Of a DNA stretch of 64,000 nucleotides, positions 47,123 to 55,124 are shown one piece after another. Source of the stretch: a virus. Its lineage: Duplodnaviria; Caudoviricetes. The stretch lies in the IMG/VR virus record IMGVR_UViG_2663763243_000008, positions 1-64,000 of that record. One strand, written 5' to 3'. The position numbers and the translations under genes are program-made. Positions within the stretch are counted from its first letter, which is position 1. Every line of letters begins with the position of its first letter. The notes under the pieces were generated by a model, which ran no database searches, was not told the DNA's origin, and was given only the letters and a program-made list of their open reading frames with translations.

Positions 47123-47374
47123 ATGTCCGGGCAATCTGATTATCTCCCGCCCGGACTCCCGTACAACATTTGCCTCTGGCCTCAGGAATACCAAGAAAAG
47201 CTAAATCTTGATTTGAGAGCCAGCGGCTTAATCAAAAACCTGTACGAGCGCAGGACCAACCGCGCTCATGTACTTGAAGCGATTGAACGGGTACCGGTGC
47301 ATTACCGAGAGTTTTTTAAAGAGCGCTTAAATTACTGGCGTGACCGTAGAGACCACAGAGGCGAGACCAAATGA
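47123..47374 (+). CDS. DNA polymerase III theta-like (HolE/Hot) protein
   Basis: EKLNLDL.ASG...P.HYREFFKERL resembles HolE DKVNVDLAAAG...PEHLRSWFRERL. Confidence 0.65.
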   Translation: MSGQSDYLPPGLPYNICLWPQEYQEKLNLDLRASGLIKNLYERRTNRAHVLEAIERVPVHYREFFKERLNYWRDRRDHRGETK

Positions 47375-47877
47375 ATATTTCAACCGATGGCATGATTGCT
47401 GCAATTCGTTCAGCAGCGGAAAGAGTGGAACCACGTGAAAGTGAGGTGCTAAACGGCATCGCTGATCGCATAGCGGAGCTGGTGACCTCAGCTAATAAGA
47501 ACCGGCGCACAGCGAAGCATTATGAGCGGGAGTGTTTGGAGTGGCAGGGGAAATATAATGTGATTGTTGCCGAGAACGCAGCACTTCAACAATCCTGCGT
47601 CCATGTATATAACGCTGGTTACAACAGGGGGCATCTGAATACGGTAGATGGCATCTCTTCATGTGGCGACTATGAAGAAGATGCATTTGAGGCGCTATAC
47701 GAAGTAATTAGTGTCCCTGCAACCATTCTGGCTCTTAATGATGTAGAGGCGAGTGGTGTTGAAAAATTTGCGCAGCACCGTCACGTACAAGCCTTTGACG
47801 TTGGTGTAATGGCAGATACAGGCGAGATTTCCAATATTCTTGATTTCGCAGCAAGACTACGTGAGGGGGCGCAATGA
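47371..47877 (+). CDS. Hypothetical (Ead/Ea22-like accessory) protein
   Basis: AENAAL..., A.GVEKFA and FAARLREG mosaic motifs; RBS GAGGCGAGACC. Confidence 0.6.
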   Translation: MNISTDGMIAAIRSAAERVEPRESEVLNGIADRIAELVTSANKNRRTAKHYERECLEWQGKYNVIVAENAALQQSCVHVYNAGYNRGHLNTVDGISSCGDYEEDAFEALYEVISVPATILALNDVEASGVEKFAQHRHVQAFDVGVMADTGEISNILDFAARLREGAQ

Positions 47878-50039
47878 TCTGGCCTACTGAAGTTCAGCAA
47901 TGTGCCTCATCAGTCATTCCTGTTCACCCAATGAGTGAGCCAGAGCAACAGCAGCTACTGGCCAATATGAACCAAATGTTTTTGACGCGAGAAGACCCGC
48001 GCAACATTCAAAAGGCGGCTCATGCATGGGCGCGGCGCAAAGAAATCACAGTTGCACGACCTGATTTGCAGGATGGTCTGGTTGTCGTTGGGTTCGCTGG
48101 TGGCGGTGGGAGCTGCGAGGGAATCAAGCAAGCATTAGGCTATGAACCACACATCGCGATGAACCATAATCCGGTAGCCATGGCGATGCATGCCATTAAT
48201 CACCCGCGCACGCTGCATTACCCTGAGGATATTTTCAGTGTTGATCCGCTCATCTCAACGGGCGGTTTACCGGTATTACTGGGTTGGTTTAGTCCTGATT
48301 GCCGCCATTTCTCTAAGGCCAAGGGCGGAACGCCAGTCAAGAAAGAGATTCGTGGTCTGGCATGGGTCGTATTGCGCTGGGCGCTGGCAGTACGCCCACG
48401 TTTTCTGATGCTGGAGAACGTCGAAGAATTTCGCGGCTGGGGGCCACTTTTGACGGATAGTGAAGGCAATCACCGACCTGATCCAGCCCGTAAAGGCGAA
48501 ACGTTCAAAGCGTTTATTGGCATGCTAGGTACTGGGATTGATGCTAATCACCCCGCACTGGTCGAAGTGTGTGAATTCTTGAAGATAGATATCAATGGCC
48601 CTGAAGCAGCAAGGTTGGTTTCAGGGCTGGGTTATAACGTTGATCACCGGGAACTGAAAGCCTGTGATTACGGCACACCCACTATTAGAAAACGGTTGTT
48701 TGTGGTTGGGCGTTGTGACGGTGAGCCAGTTGTCTGGCCGGAGCCAAGCCACGGCGCACCCAACTCTACTGATGTGCTTTCTGGCATGCTGCAACCTTGG
48801 CGAACGGCGGCCGAATGTATCGACTGGAGCCAGCCAACACGTTCTATTTTCGGTCGCAAAAAGGATTTGGCTGATAACACCTTGCGGCGCATCGTCAAAG
48901 GATTACAGCGGTTTGTTATTGATAACCCCGATCCGTTTATTGTGCGACTGGGACAAACTGGTTTTGGTGGTGACCGTCTGCAATACCCAATAGACCAGCC
49001 ACTAACCACAATTACCAGTAAGGCCGAGCATTTGTTGCTGGAGCCGTATGCGGTGAAGTGCAATCACACCAGCACCAAAACCAAATATGATTGTTTCCGT
49101 GGGCAGTCATTGCGCGATCCGTTACAGACCATAACCAGAACGCATGGTTTTGCTATTGCTGCGCCGGTAGTTGTACGTCAGTTCGGTAACAGTACGGCAA
49201 ATGATATCAATACGCCGCTGGGTACCGTTACAGCGGGTGGGGGCGGTAAAAGCCAGTTAGCCAGTGCGGTATTGGTGGGGGCCGGTGGCCCAACATACTC
49301 AGGAAAACCACGAGATATCAATTCACCAATCAACACCATTGCTACTCAGTCACATACAGCAATCGCCACTGCTAACCTTGTTAAGCATTACGGTGGAAAT
49401 TACACCGGTGCAGGCATCGATATTAACGAGCCATTGCATACTATCACTACGGTCGATCACCATGCGCTTTGTACATCTCACCTGGTACAACTGCGTGGTA
49501 CATGTCGCGATGGTAAACCCATCACCGAACCGGTACCGACTTTAACCGCGGGCGGTAATCATGTCGGACTGGTAAACGCATTTCTGACCAAGTATTACGG
49601 CACTGGCGGCGAGGTGGATTTATCAGAGCCGATACATGCTGTGACAACCAAAGAACGTTTTGGCTTGGTGGAAAGCAATCTTGATGCCGAACCACTGACC
49701 GACGAGCAACGCTACAACGCATGGAACTGCGCGCGGCTGGTGGATCATTTCAGCGATTTGCCGGACGACTGGCATTTATTCCCTGCACCACGGCCACAAT
49801 TTCTATCGGTAGGCGAATACATCATCGTTGATATTTGTATGCGCATGCTGATTGCGCGTGAACTGTACAACGCTAGTGGGTTCCCGCCAGACTACATTAT
49901 TGACCGAGATATTGACGGCACAATCTGGCCTAAATCTGAGCAGGTGGCAAGGTGTGGTAATGCGGTACCGCCACCTTTTGCCGAGGCATTGGTAAGGGCG
50001 AATATGCCAGAGTTGTGTATTTGGAGGATGGCGGCATGA
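47874..50039 (+). CDS. DNA cytosine-C5 methyltransferase
   Basis: FAGGGG, SPDCRHFS, ENVEEF, R.RLF, GNAVPP; long variable region with P..TIT repeats. Confidence 0.92.
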   Translation: MIWPTEVQQCASSVIPVHPMSEPEQQQLLANMNQMFLTREDPRNIQKAAHAWARRKEITVARPDLQDGLVVVGFAGGGGSCEGIKQALGYEPHIAMNHNPVAMAMHAINHPRTLHYPEDIFSVDPLISTGGLPVLLGWFSPDCRHFSKAKGGTPVKKEIRGLAWVVLRWALAVRPRFLMLENVEEFRGWGPLLTDSEGNHRPDPARKGETFKAFIGMLGTGIDANHPALVEVCEFLKIDINGPEAARLVSGLGYNVDHRELKACDYGTPTIRKRLFVVGRCDGEPVVWPEPSHGAPNSTDVLSGMLQPWRTAAECIDWSQPTRSIFGRKKDLADNTLRRIVKGLQRFVIDNPDPFIVRLGQTGFGGDRLQYPIDQPLTTITSKAEHLLLEPYAVKCNHTSTKTKYDCFRGQSLRDPLQTITRTHGFAIAAPVVVRQFGNSTANDINTPLGTVTAGGGGKSQLASAVLVGAGGPTYSGKPRDINSPINTIATQSHTAIATANLVKHYGGNYTGAGIDINEPLHTITTVDHHALCTSHLVQLRGTCRDGKPITEPVPTLTAGGNHVGLVNAFLTKYYGTGGEVDLSEPIHAVTTKERFGLVESNLDAEPLTDEQRYNAWNCARLVDHFSDLPDDWHLFPAPRPQFLSVGEYIIVDICMRMLIARELYNASGFPPDYIIDRDIDGTIWPKSEQVARCGNAVPPPFAEALVRANMPELCIWRMAA

Positions 50040-50389
50040 CTGACACCAAGGAACGGGCTACGGCCCGTAAACGCCTACAACGGCAAAAAGAACGTGAGAA
50101 CGGCAGTTATAAATTAATAGCGACGATAGACCAGCAAGAAAAGGAAATGTTACAGCAGAACTGCGCCTTGCGTCGGCCGCAGCGCGAGCCGTATGACATG
50201 GACGAGTACATAACTATGTTGATACGCAAAGATAACGCAGAGCTACAGGCGCAGCTCAAAGAGCAAGCTGGGCGCAAGTGCGGTAAATGTGGCGATGCCC
50301 TACCTGGTGATAGTCAGGGCTGTGCATTTATAGGTGAAAGTGAATGCTGGCAAACTCTTGGCTGGCATGAGACTAAATTAACTATATAG
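50036..50389 (+). CDS. Small protein with basic N-terminus, RHH-like core and C-terminal Cys cluster
   Basis: RKRLQRQK...PYDMDEY..LIRKD...CGKCGDALPGD..GC...SECWQTLG; homologous to 28302-28646. Confidence 0.8.
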   Translation: MTDTKERATARKRLQRQKERENGSYKLIATIDQQEKEMLQQNCALRRPQREPYDMDEYITMLIRKDNAELQAQLKEQAGRKCGKCGDALPGDSQGCAFIGESECWQTLGWHETKLTI

Positions 50390-50392
50390 TGA

Positions 50393-50406
50393 TGCGACAT
50401 GTCACA
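50393..50406. repeat. TGCGACATGTCACA (one-mismatch copy of the shared palindrome)
   Basis: 3 nt after the stop of the Cys-cluster gene. Confidence 0.8.
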
Positions 50407-50431
50407 TAACTATAATAAATGGAGATAAAGA

Positions 50432-50695
50432 ATGAAGTTTGCGGATAATGAGAATATGAAAAAAAAGATTATTGAAGATTTTCAGCGTCTTCAAAAACAG
50501 ATATATGTGGATGGAGATTACATTACATTGAATGTTGACTATCCATATCAGATACCTTTGTCTTCATGTTCGACACATGAGGCAATTTTAAGCCATGTTA
50601 TTCAATTATCCGAAAAGAACTGGATGGACTTAAAATTGATAAATTATTTTATAAAAATCGCCGCAGGTGCAAATAACATCAAGATTAATTTATGA
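50432..50695 (+). CDS. AT-rich hypothetical protein (moron)
   Basis: GGAG RBS; composition differs from neighbours. Confidence 0.7.
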   Translation: MKFADNENMKKKIIEDFQRLQKQIYVDGDYITLNVDYPYQIPLSSCSTHEAILSHVIQLSEKNWMDLKLINYFIKIAAGANNIKINL

Positions 50696-50798
50696 TTAAT
50701 GTTTGATGAGTCTAATTAGCTGATATAATCATTATCGCCAGCCTGAACAACTGGCAACCTAAATATCGTGCTGCTGTGCCATACATCCGGGGGCGGAA

Positions 50799-51392
50799 AT
50801 GGCACAGTATAGTTTTACCAAATCAACAGGTGGGATCTTGGTACCGGCCACGCCGGATGCTGAGGATTTTGTCAAAAATACCAAGCTGGGGACTATTGTC
50901 ACTGGCGAATTTAAACGTGTGCGTAATGCGCCGTTTCACCGTAAATTCTTCTCGTTACTCAACCTTGGCTTTGAATATTGGGAGCCAAAGGGTGGGGCGA
51001 TATCACCATTCGAAGTAAAATTCCTGCGCGGCTATGTAAGCCAACTTATTTCCTATGTGGGGAATGAGGGCGTACTTCATGAAATAGCTGACGATTATCT
51101 GGCGCTGGTGGCCGGTAAACGAGCGGCGAACTTATCTACAGCAAAATCATTCCATGCTTTCCGCCGTTGGGTGACTGTCGAGTCAGGACATTATGATCTG
51201 TTCGAATTACCGGACGGCTCAACGCTGCGTGAGCCCCGTTCTATTTCATTCGCAAAAATGGACGAGCTGGAATTCAACGATTTATACAAATCAGTGCTGA
51301 ATGTTCTGTGGACTTTCATTCTCAGTAAATCATTCAGTCATCCATCCGAGGCGGAGAACGCCGCCAGTCAATTAATGAGCTACGCAGCTTAG
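50799..51392 (+). CDS. DUF1367-family protein
   Basis: RN..FHRKFFSLLNLGFEYWEP.GG...PRSISFAKMDE.EF. Confidence 0.85.
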   Translation: MAQYSFTKSTGGILVPATPDAEDFVKNTKLGTIVTGEFKRVRNAPFHRKFFSLLNLGFEYWEPKGGAISPFEVKFLRGYVSQLISYVGNEGVLHEIADDYLALVAGKRAANLSTAKSFHAFRRWVTVESGHYDLFELPDGSTLREPRSISFAKMDELEFNDLYKSVLNVLWTFILSKSFSHPSEAENAASQLMSYAA

Positions 51393-51400
51393 GAGCAATC

Positions 51401-51685
51401 ATGGCTAATTTACGCAAAGAGGCAAAGGGCCGTGAATGCCAGGTCCGTATTCCTGGTGTGTGCAATGGTAACCCTGAAACAGTGGTGCTGACTCATTATC
51501 GGCTGGCAGGAACCTGCGGTACCGGAATTAAACCCTCTGATGAACAGGCCGCGTGGGGATGTAGTGCATGCCATGACGAATGTGACCGGCGCACTCGTTT
51601 AATTGATGGCGACACGGCACGCCTATATCACGCCGAGGGCGTTATGCGCACACAGAATATATTGAGAAAGGAAGGAAAATTATGA
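51401..51685 (+). CDS. DUF1364/YbcO-family putative nuclease
   Basis: LRKEAKGRECQVRIPGVCN.NPETVVL.H...CSACHD. Confidence 0.88.
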   Translation: MANLRKEAKGRECQVRIPGVCNGNPETVVLTHYRLAGTCGTGIKPSDEQAAWGCSACHDECDRRTRLIDGDTARLYHAEGVMRTQNILRKEGKL

Positions 51686-52254
51686 TTTATCCAACGACGT
51701 GCGGTAAGGCTGATGGCAACGAGTTACACTTAAATACGTTAGAGCTTATTTGGCTCAAGGGTAAACTGAAGATGTGGGGGCGCTGGTCTCGCATAGCAAA
51801 AACGGGTGGTGCTCAGGGGGTATTCTCCCGATTATTGGCTAAACAACAAATAACTAAAGCCGCATTAAAAGCAGCTATTAGCCAACTGAGAAAATCAGGC
51901 TTATCCAGAGAGGAGCTGTTCGAGATATTTGGAGACCTTAACAACCCCAAGGCCCACAGTAATCTAATCTATTGCACTGATGATGAGGGGTTACTAATGG
52001 ATTCGGTTGTTGGCTTGGTTCTACAATCAACCCCTGGGTTAATTGGTATACTGCAACAGCATTATATTTTTAAAAAGAAACGCTACACGATGGCAGAAGA
52101 AATGCAGGAAGCGCACCCAGACCTATCAATTTCAACGTGCCGCCGCCGTATTGATGTATGGATTAATACCGCCGAATACATGCTTTATCGCCCCATGAGC
52201 GACGCTTTTGATAAAGACATAAAAAGATTCGAGAAAAAAACTTTGACTATTTGA
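51682..52254 (+). CDS. Late antiterminator Q-like (DUF1133 family)
   Basis: LE.IWLKGKLKMWGRWS...TCRRRIDVW; directly upstream of pR' and lysis genes. Confidence 0.8.
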   Translation: MIYPTTCGKADGNELHLNTLELIWLKGKLKMWGRWSRIAKTGGAQGVFSRLLAKQQITKAALKAAISQLRKSGLSREELFEIFGDLNNPKAHSNLIYCTDDEGLLMDSVVGLVLQSTPGLIGILQQHYIFKKKRYTMAEEMQEAHPDLSISTCRRRIDVWINTAEYMLYRPMSDAFDKDIKRFEKKTLTI

Positions 52255-52270
52255 ACAAAAAATATATGAT
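52243..52270 (+). promoter_or_regulatory. pR'-like late promoter
   Basis: TTGACT-16-TATGAT at the end of the Q-like gene. Confidence 0.55.
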
Positions 52271-52318
52271 TTAGACATAAGCTCGCGGAGCTATACACGC
52301 AAGCGACGAAATTAAAAG

Positions 52319-52376
52319 AAACCCGCCATCTGTGCGGGTTTTTCTATTTTTGGCCTCACCAATCGGTGGGGCTTTG
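52319..52376 (+). terminator. Tandem tR'-like terminators
   Basis: ACCCGC..GCGGGTTTTT and GCCTCACC..GGTGGGGCTTT. Confidence 0.7.
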
Positions 52377-52399
52377 TCATTTCTGGAGGATAGGAAAAT

Positions 52400-52630
52400 G
52401 CTGTAGCAAAACGGTTAGGCCGCACGTATATGTCGCAGTCATGATGCGACCCCGAATACCCAAAGTTGCGGGTAGCCAGTCTCAGGTAAAAAGCTGGGGG
52501 CGAACTGGTGAGGGTTAATGGGAGAAATCGCACCGGTAAAGCAGTTAGCAAGCCACACTAACACCGGTTATTAGCGGCTTAAGGCGGCAGAGACTCAAGG
52601 GCATGAGCGTGGCCACTGCGAGAAGTGGCG
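52400..52630 (+). ncRNA. Putative structured non-coding RNA in the late leader
   Basis: About 230 nt without a credible ORF, at least five hairpins, followed by a terminator at about 52640-52668. Confidence 0.45.
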
Positions 52631-52693
52631 ATACTTTTTCAGGCTGCGCTTTTGCGTGGCCTTTTTTATGCCAACCGGTACCGGGGGGTGAGG

Positions 52694-52960
52694 ATGAAAA
52701 ACATGCAGGAGAGGATTGCAGACAATGCCACTTATGGCGGCGGTATCGGCTCAGTTTTATTTAGTTTGATTAACTACCTTGCCCCGAGCGAATGGATGAT
52801 TTTAGGCATTATCGTTGGCATCATCACCACGATAATCGGGTGCGCTTCTGGCGTGTGGTTTAAGTGCCAGCGGCAAAAACTCCTCAGAGAGTACCTTAAT
52901 CGGAAAAACAAAAACCTGACAGATGAAGAGATGCACATATTGATGTCGGAGGATCGTTAA
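52694..52960 (+). CDS. Holin (class II/pinholin-like)
   Basis: Two TM segments, basic tail, M-K-N-M dual start, precedes endolysin. Confidence 0.8.
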   Translation: MKNMQERIADNATYGGGIGSVLFSLINYLAPSEWMILGIIVGIITTIIGCASGVWFKCQRQKLLREYLNRKNKNLTDEEMHILMSEDR

Positions 52961-53493
52961 TGTCGATATCAACAAAGAGCAAGCTCAGCGCTACCGTTCT
53001 GGGTGTTGTGCTAGCTGGCGCACCGGCATCGATAATTCTTGATCACTACCTTGATGAGAGAGAGGGGAATCGCCTTTCAGCTTATCGGGATGGGCAAGGA
53101 AAGCCGACTATTTGCCGTGGTATTACTTATATCGACGGCAAACCAGTGCTGATGGGGATGAGACTTACCGCCGCTCAATGCGACAAGTTAAACCAGAAAG
53201 AATCAGCCGCTGCCATAGCCTGGGTTGAACGGAATGTTCACGTTCCACTGACAGAACCACAGAAAGCCGGTATAGCTTCATTCTGTCCTTACAACATTGG
53301 CCCTGCCAAATGCCTACCATCTACGTTTTATTACAAACTCAACGCTGGCGACCGTAAAGGCGCATGTGCTGAGATCAAGCGCTGGATCAGGAACGGCGGG
53401 AAAGATTGCCGCATTCGCTCCAACAACTGTTACGGGCAGATAGAACGCCGTGCGCAAGAAAGCGAACTGACGTGCTGGGGGCTGGATGAATAA
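52960..53493 (+). CDS. SAR-type lysozyme (GH24 endolysin)
   Basis: N-terminal weakly hydrophobic SAR segment; EG...AY.D..G..TIC.G catalytic motif. Confidence 0.93.
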   Translation: MSISTKSKLSATVLGVVLAGAPASIILDHYLDEREGNRLSAYRDGQGKPTICRGITYIDGKPVLMGMRLTAAQCDKLNQKESAAAIAWVERNVHVPLTEPQKAGIASFCPYNIGPAKCLPSTFYYKLNAGDRKGACAEIKRWIRNGGKDCRIRSNNCYGQIERRAQESELTCWGLDE

Positions 53494-53818
53494 GGCCATT
53501 GGATTAGTCATTGCTGTGCTGGTGGTTATTGCGTCGGCTCTGTTCTTTAACAGTTATCGCCTCTCAAATGATATCCAAAAAGCGGAAAAAGCGCTGAGTG
53601 ATGAGCAAGCCACAAACACAGCACTGGGCAACATCATCGATGCATACCAGGTGAATGAAGCCGCCAACCGAGCAGCCACAACCCGTCAGCTTGAGAACGA
53701 AAGGAAACTACGCAATGAAAGTGAATTACAGGTTGCACGGTTTAAAGCAGCAGCGGCGAGTGATGATTGTGCTATCAAGCCTATGCCTGGTGATGTCATT
53801 AACGTCATGCGTGAATAA
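53486..53818 (+). CDS. Rz-like inner-membrane spanin
   Basis: N-terminal TM + coiled coil, after endolysin. Confidence 0.82.
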   Translation: MNKAIGLVIAVLVVIASALFFNSYRLSNDIQKAEKALSDEQATNTALGNIIDAYQVNEAANRAATTRQLENERKLRNESELQVARFKAAAASDDCAIKPMPGDVINVMRE

Positions 53819-54023
53819 TCCCGTTAAACCACCCATTACCGAACCAGCCCTATTATTACCCGCAGAGTCAGCGCTTACCCCTTGTGAGGTTCCAGAATTT
53901 ACCGGTACTACATGGGGAGATGGCGGGTTGTACGCGATGGAACTAAAGCGGGAACTACGAATCTGCAAAGGTCGGCTTGATGAGGTTATTGACTGGCGCC
54001 AGAACGTTGGGAGGAAAACATGA
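53715..54023 (+). CDS. Rz1-like lipoprotein spanin (start uncertain, 53715 or 53763)
   Basis: Lipobox LTSC, Pro-rich, TWGD; overlaps Rz. Confidence 0.8.
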   Translation: MKVNYRLHGLKQQRRVMIVLSSLCLVMSLTSCVNNPVKPPITEPALLLPAESALTPCEVPEFTGTTWGDGGLYAMELKRELRICKGRLDEVIDWRQNVGRKT

Positions 54024-54088
54024 TTGCAAATTGGGAAGCACTGCCACAACGGCTCTCAGTAGATACCCAATAACAGACAATCTATGCA

Positions 54089-54409
54089 ATGATAAGGAAC
54101 GATTTAAGCTCAAGGTTGCAAGGCATGGCAAAGTTCATAAGGGACTACAAAGGGGCGTTTAGACGCAATGGGTATATCGGACTCGGGATAAGAGAATGGA
54201 TATTCTTCACGCTGAAAAGTGCGCTGCTTTTTTTGGTACTTATTCTTGCTTTCACCGCTCTACAGTACGCCGCTATTTTCGGGACTCCTTTGTTTGACTA
54301 TTTAACGGCTCCCGGTATTCGCATTTCCAGTATCTGCGGGATCCTCGCATCACTGATAGTGAGCTTCGGACCAAGTGTGTTGTACAGCATTAGATACTGC
54401 GTCAGGTAA
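54089..54409 (+). CDS. Two-TM membrane protein (moron)
   Basis: Hydrophobic ORF between lysis and packaging genes, followed by a terminator at about 54418-54440. Confidence 0.6.
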   Translation: MIRNDLSSRLQGMAKFIRDYKGAFRRNGYIGLGIREWIFFTLKSALLFLVLILAFTALQYAAIFGTPLFDYLTAPGIRISSICGILASLIVSFGPSVLYSIRYCVR

Positions 54410-54521
54410 TCATCACAAGCCGCCTCCGAGCGGTTTTTTATTGGATGCTATTTATAAAACTCTGCCAAGCTTCACCATAATGGCGCTTCACAAAGATTTA
54501 TAACGACAAAAGGAATAGCGA

Positions 54522-55124
54522 ATGACCAAACCAGATTGGGAGGCCATCGAATCGGCGTACCGAGCTGGCTTGATGTCTATCCGAGAAATAGCATCACAAC
54601 ACGGCATCACTCACGGCGCTATTAACAAGCGAGCAAAGCGTGACGGCTGGGAGCGTGACCTCAAGGCGAAGATAAAAGCCAAGGCAGATGCGCTGGTATC
54701 CAAACGCGAGGTATCCAGCAAGGTATCCACTGAAACGGCTACCAACGAGCGGATACTGATTGAGGCTAACGCAGAAGTCATTGCCAACGTTCGCATGGAG
54801 CATCGTGGCGATATTCGTCGTGCTAGGGCAATCACCAACGCTCTATTTGATGAGCTTGGAGCTGAGTGTGCTGATGTCGCTACTCTGGAAAAGCTCGGTG
54901 AGTTAATGTTCAACCCAGACGATAAGGGACAGGATCGCCTGAATGAGATTTATCATAAGGTCATCAGCATGCCGGATCGGGTTAAGTCGGTTAAGGCGCT
55001 TAGCGATGCATTGAAGAACCTCATCGGACTTGAGCGTCAGGCATACGACATCGACGGGCCGGAAGGCGACAACTCTGTTAAGAAACTTTCTGACCTGATG
55101 GATTCATTGTCTCAGGGGGCATAA
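54522..55124 (+). CDS. Terminase small subunit
   Basis: PDWEAIESAYRAG.MSIREIA HTH; precedes terL. Confidence 0.88.
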   Translation: MTKPDWEAIESAYRAGLMSIREIASQHGITHGAINKRAKRDGWERDLKAKIKAKADALVSKREVSSKVSTETATNERILIEANAEVIANVRMEHRGDIRRARAITNALFDELGAECADVATLEKLGELMFNPDDKGQDRLNEIYHKVISMPDRVKSVKALSDALKNLIGLERQAYDIDGPEGDNSVKKLSDLMDSLSQGA

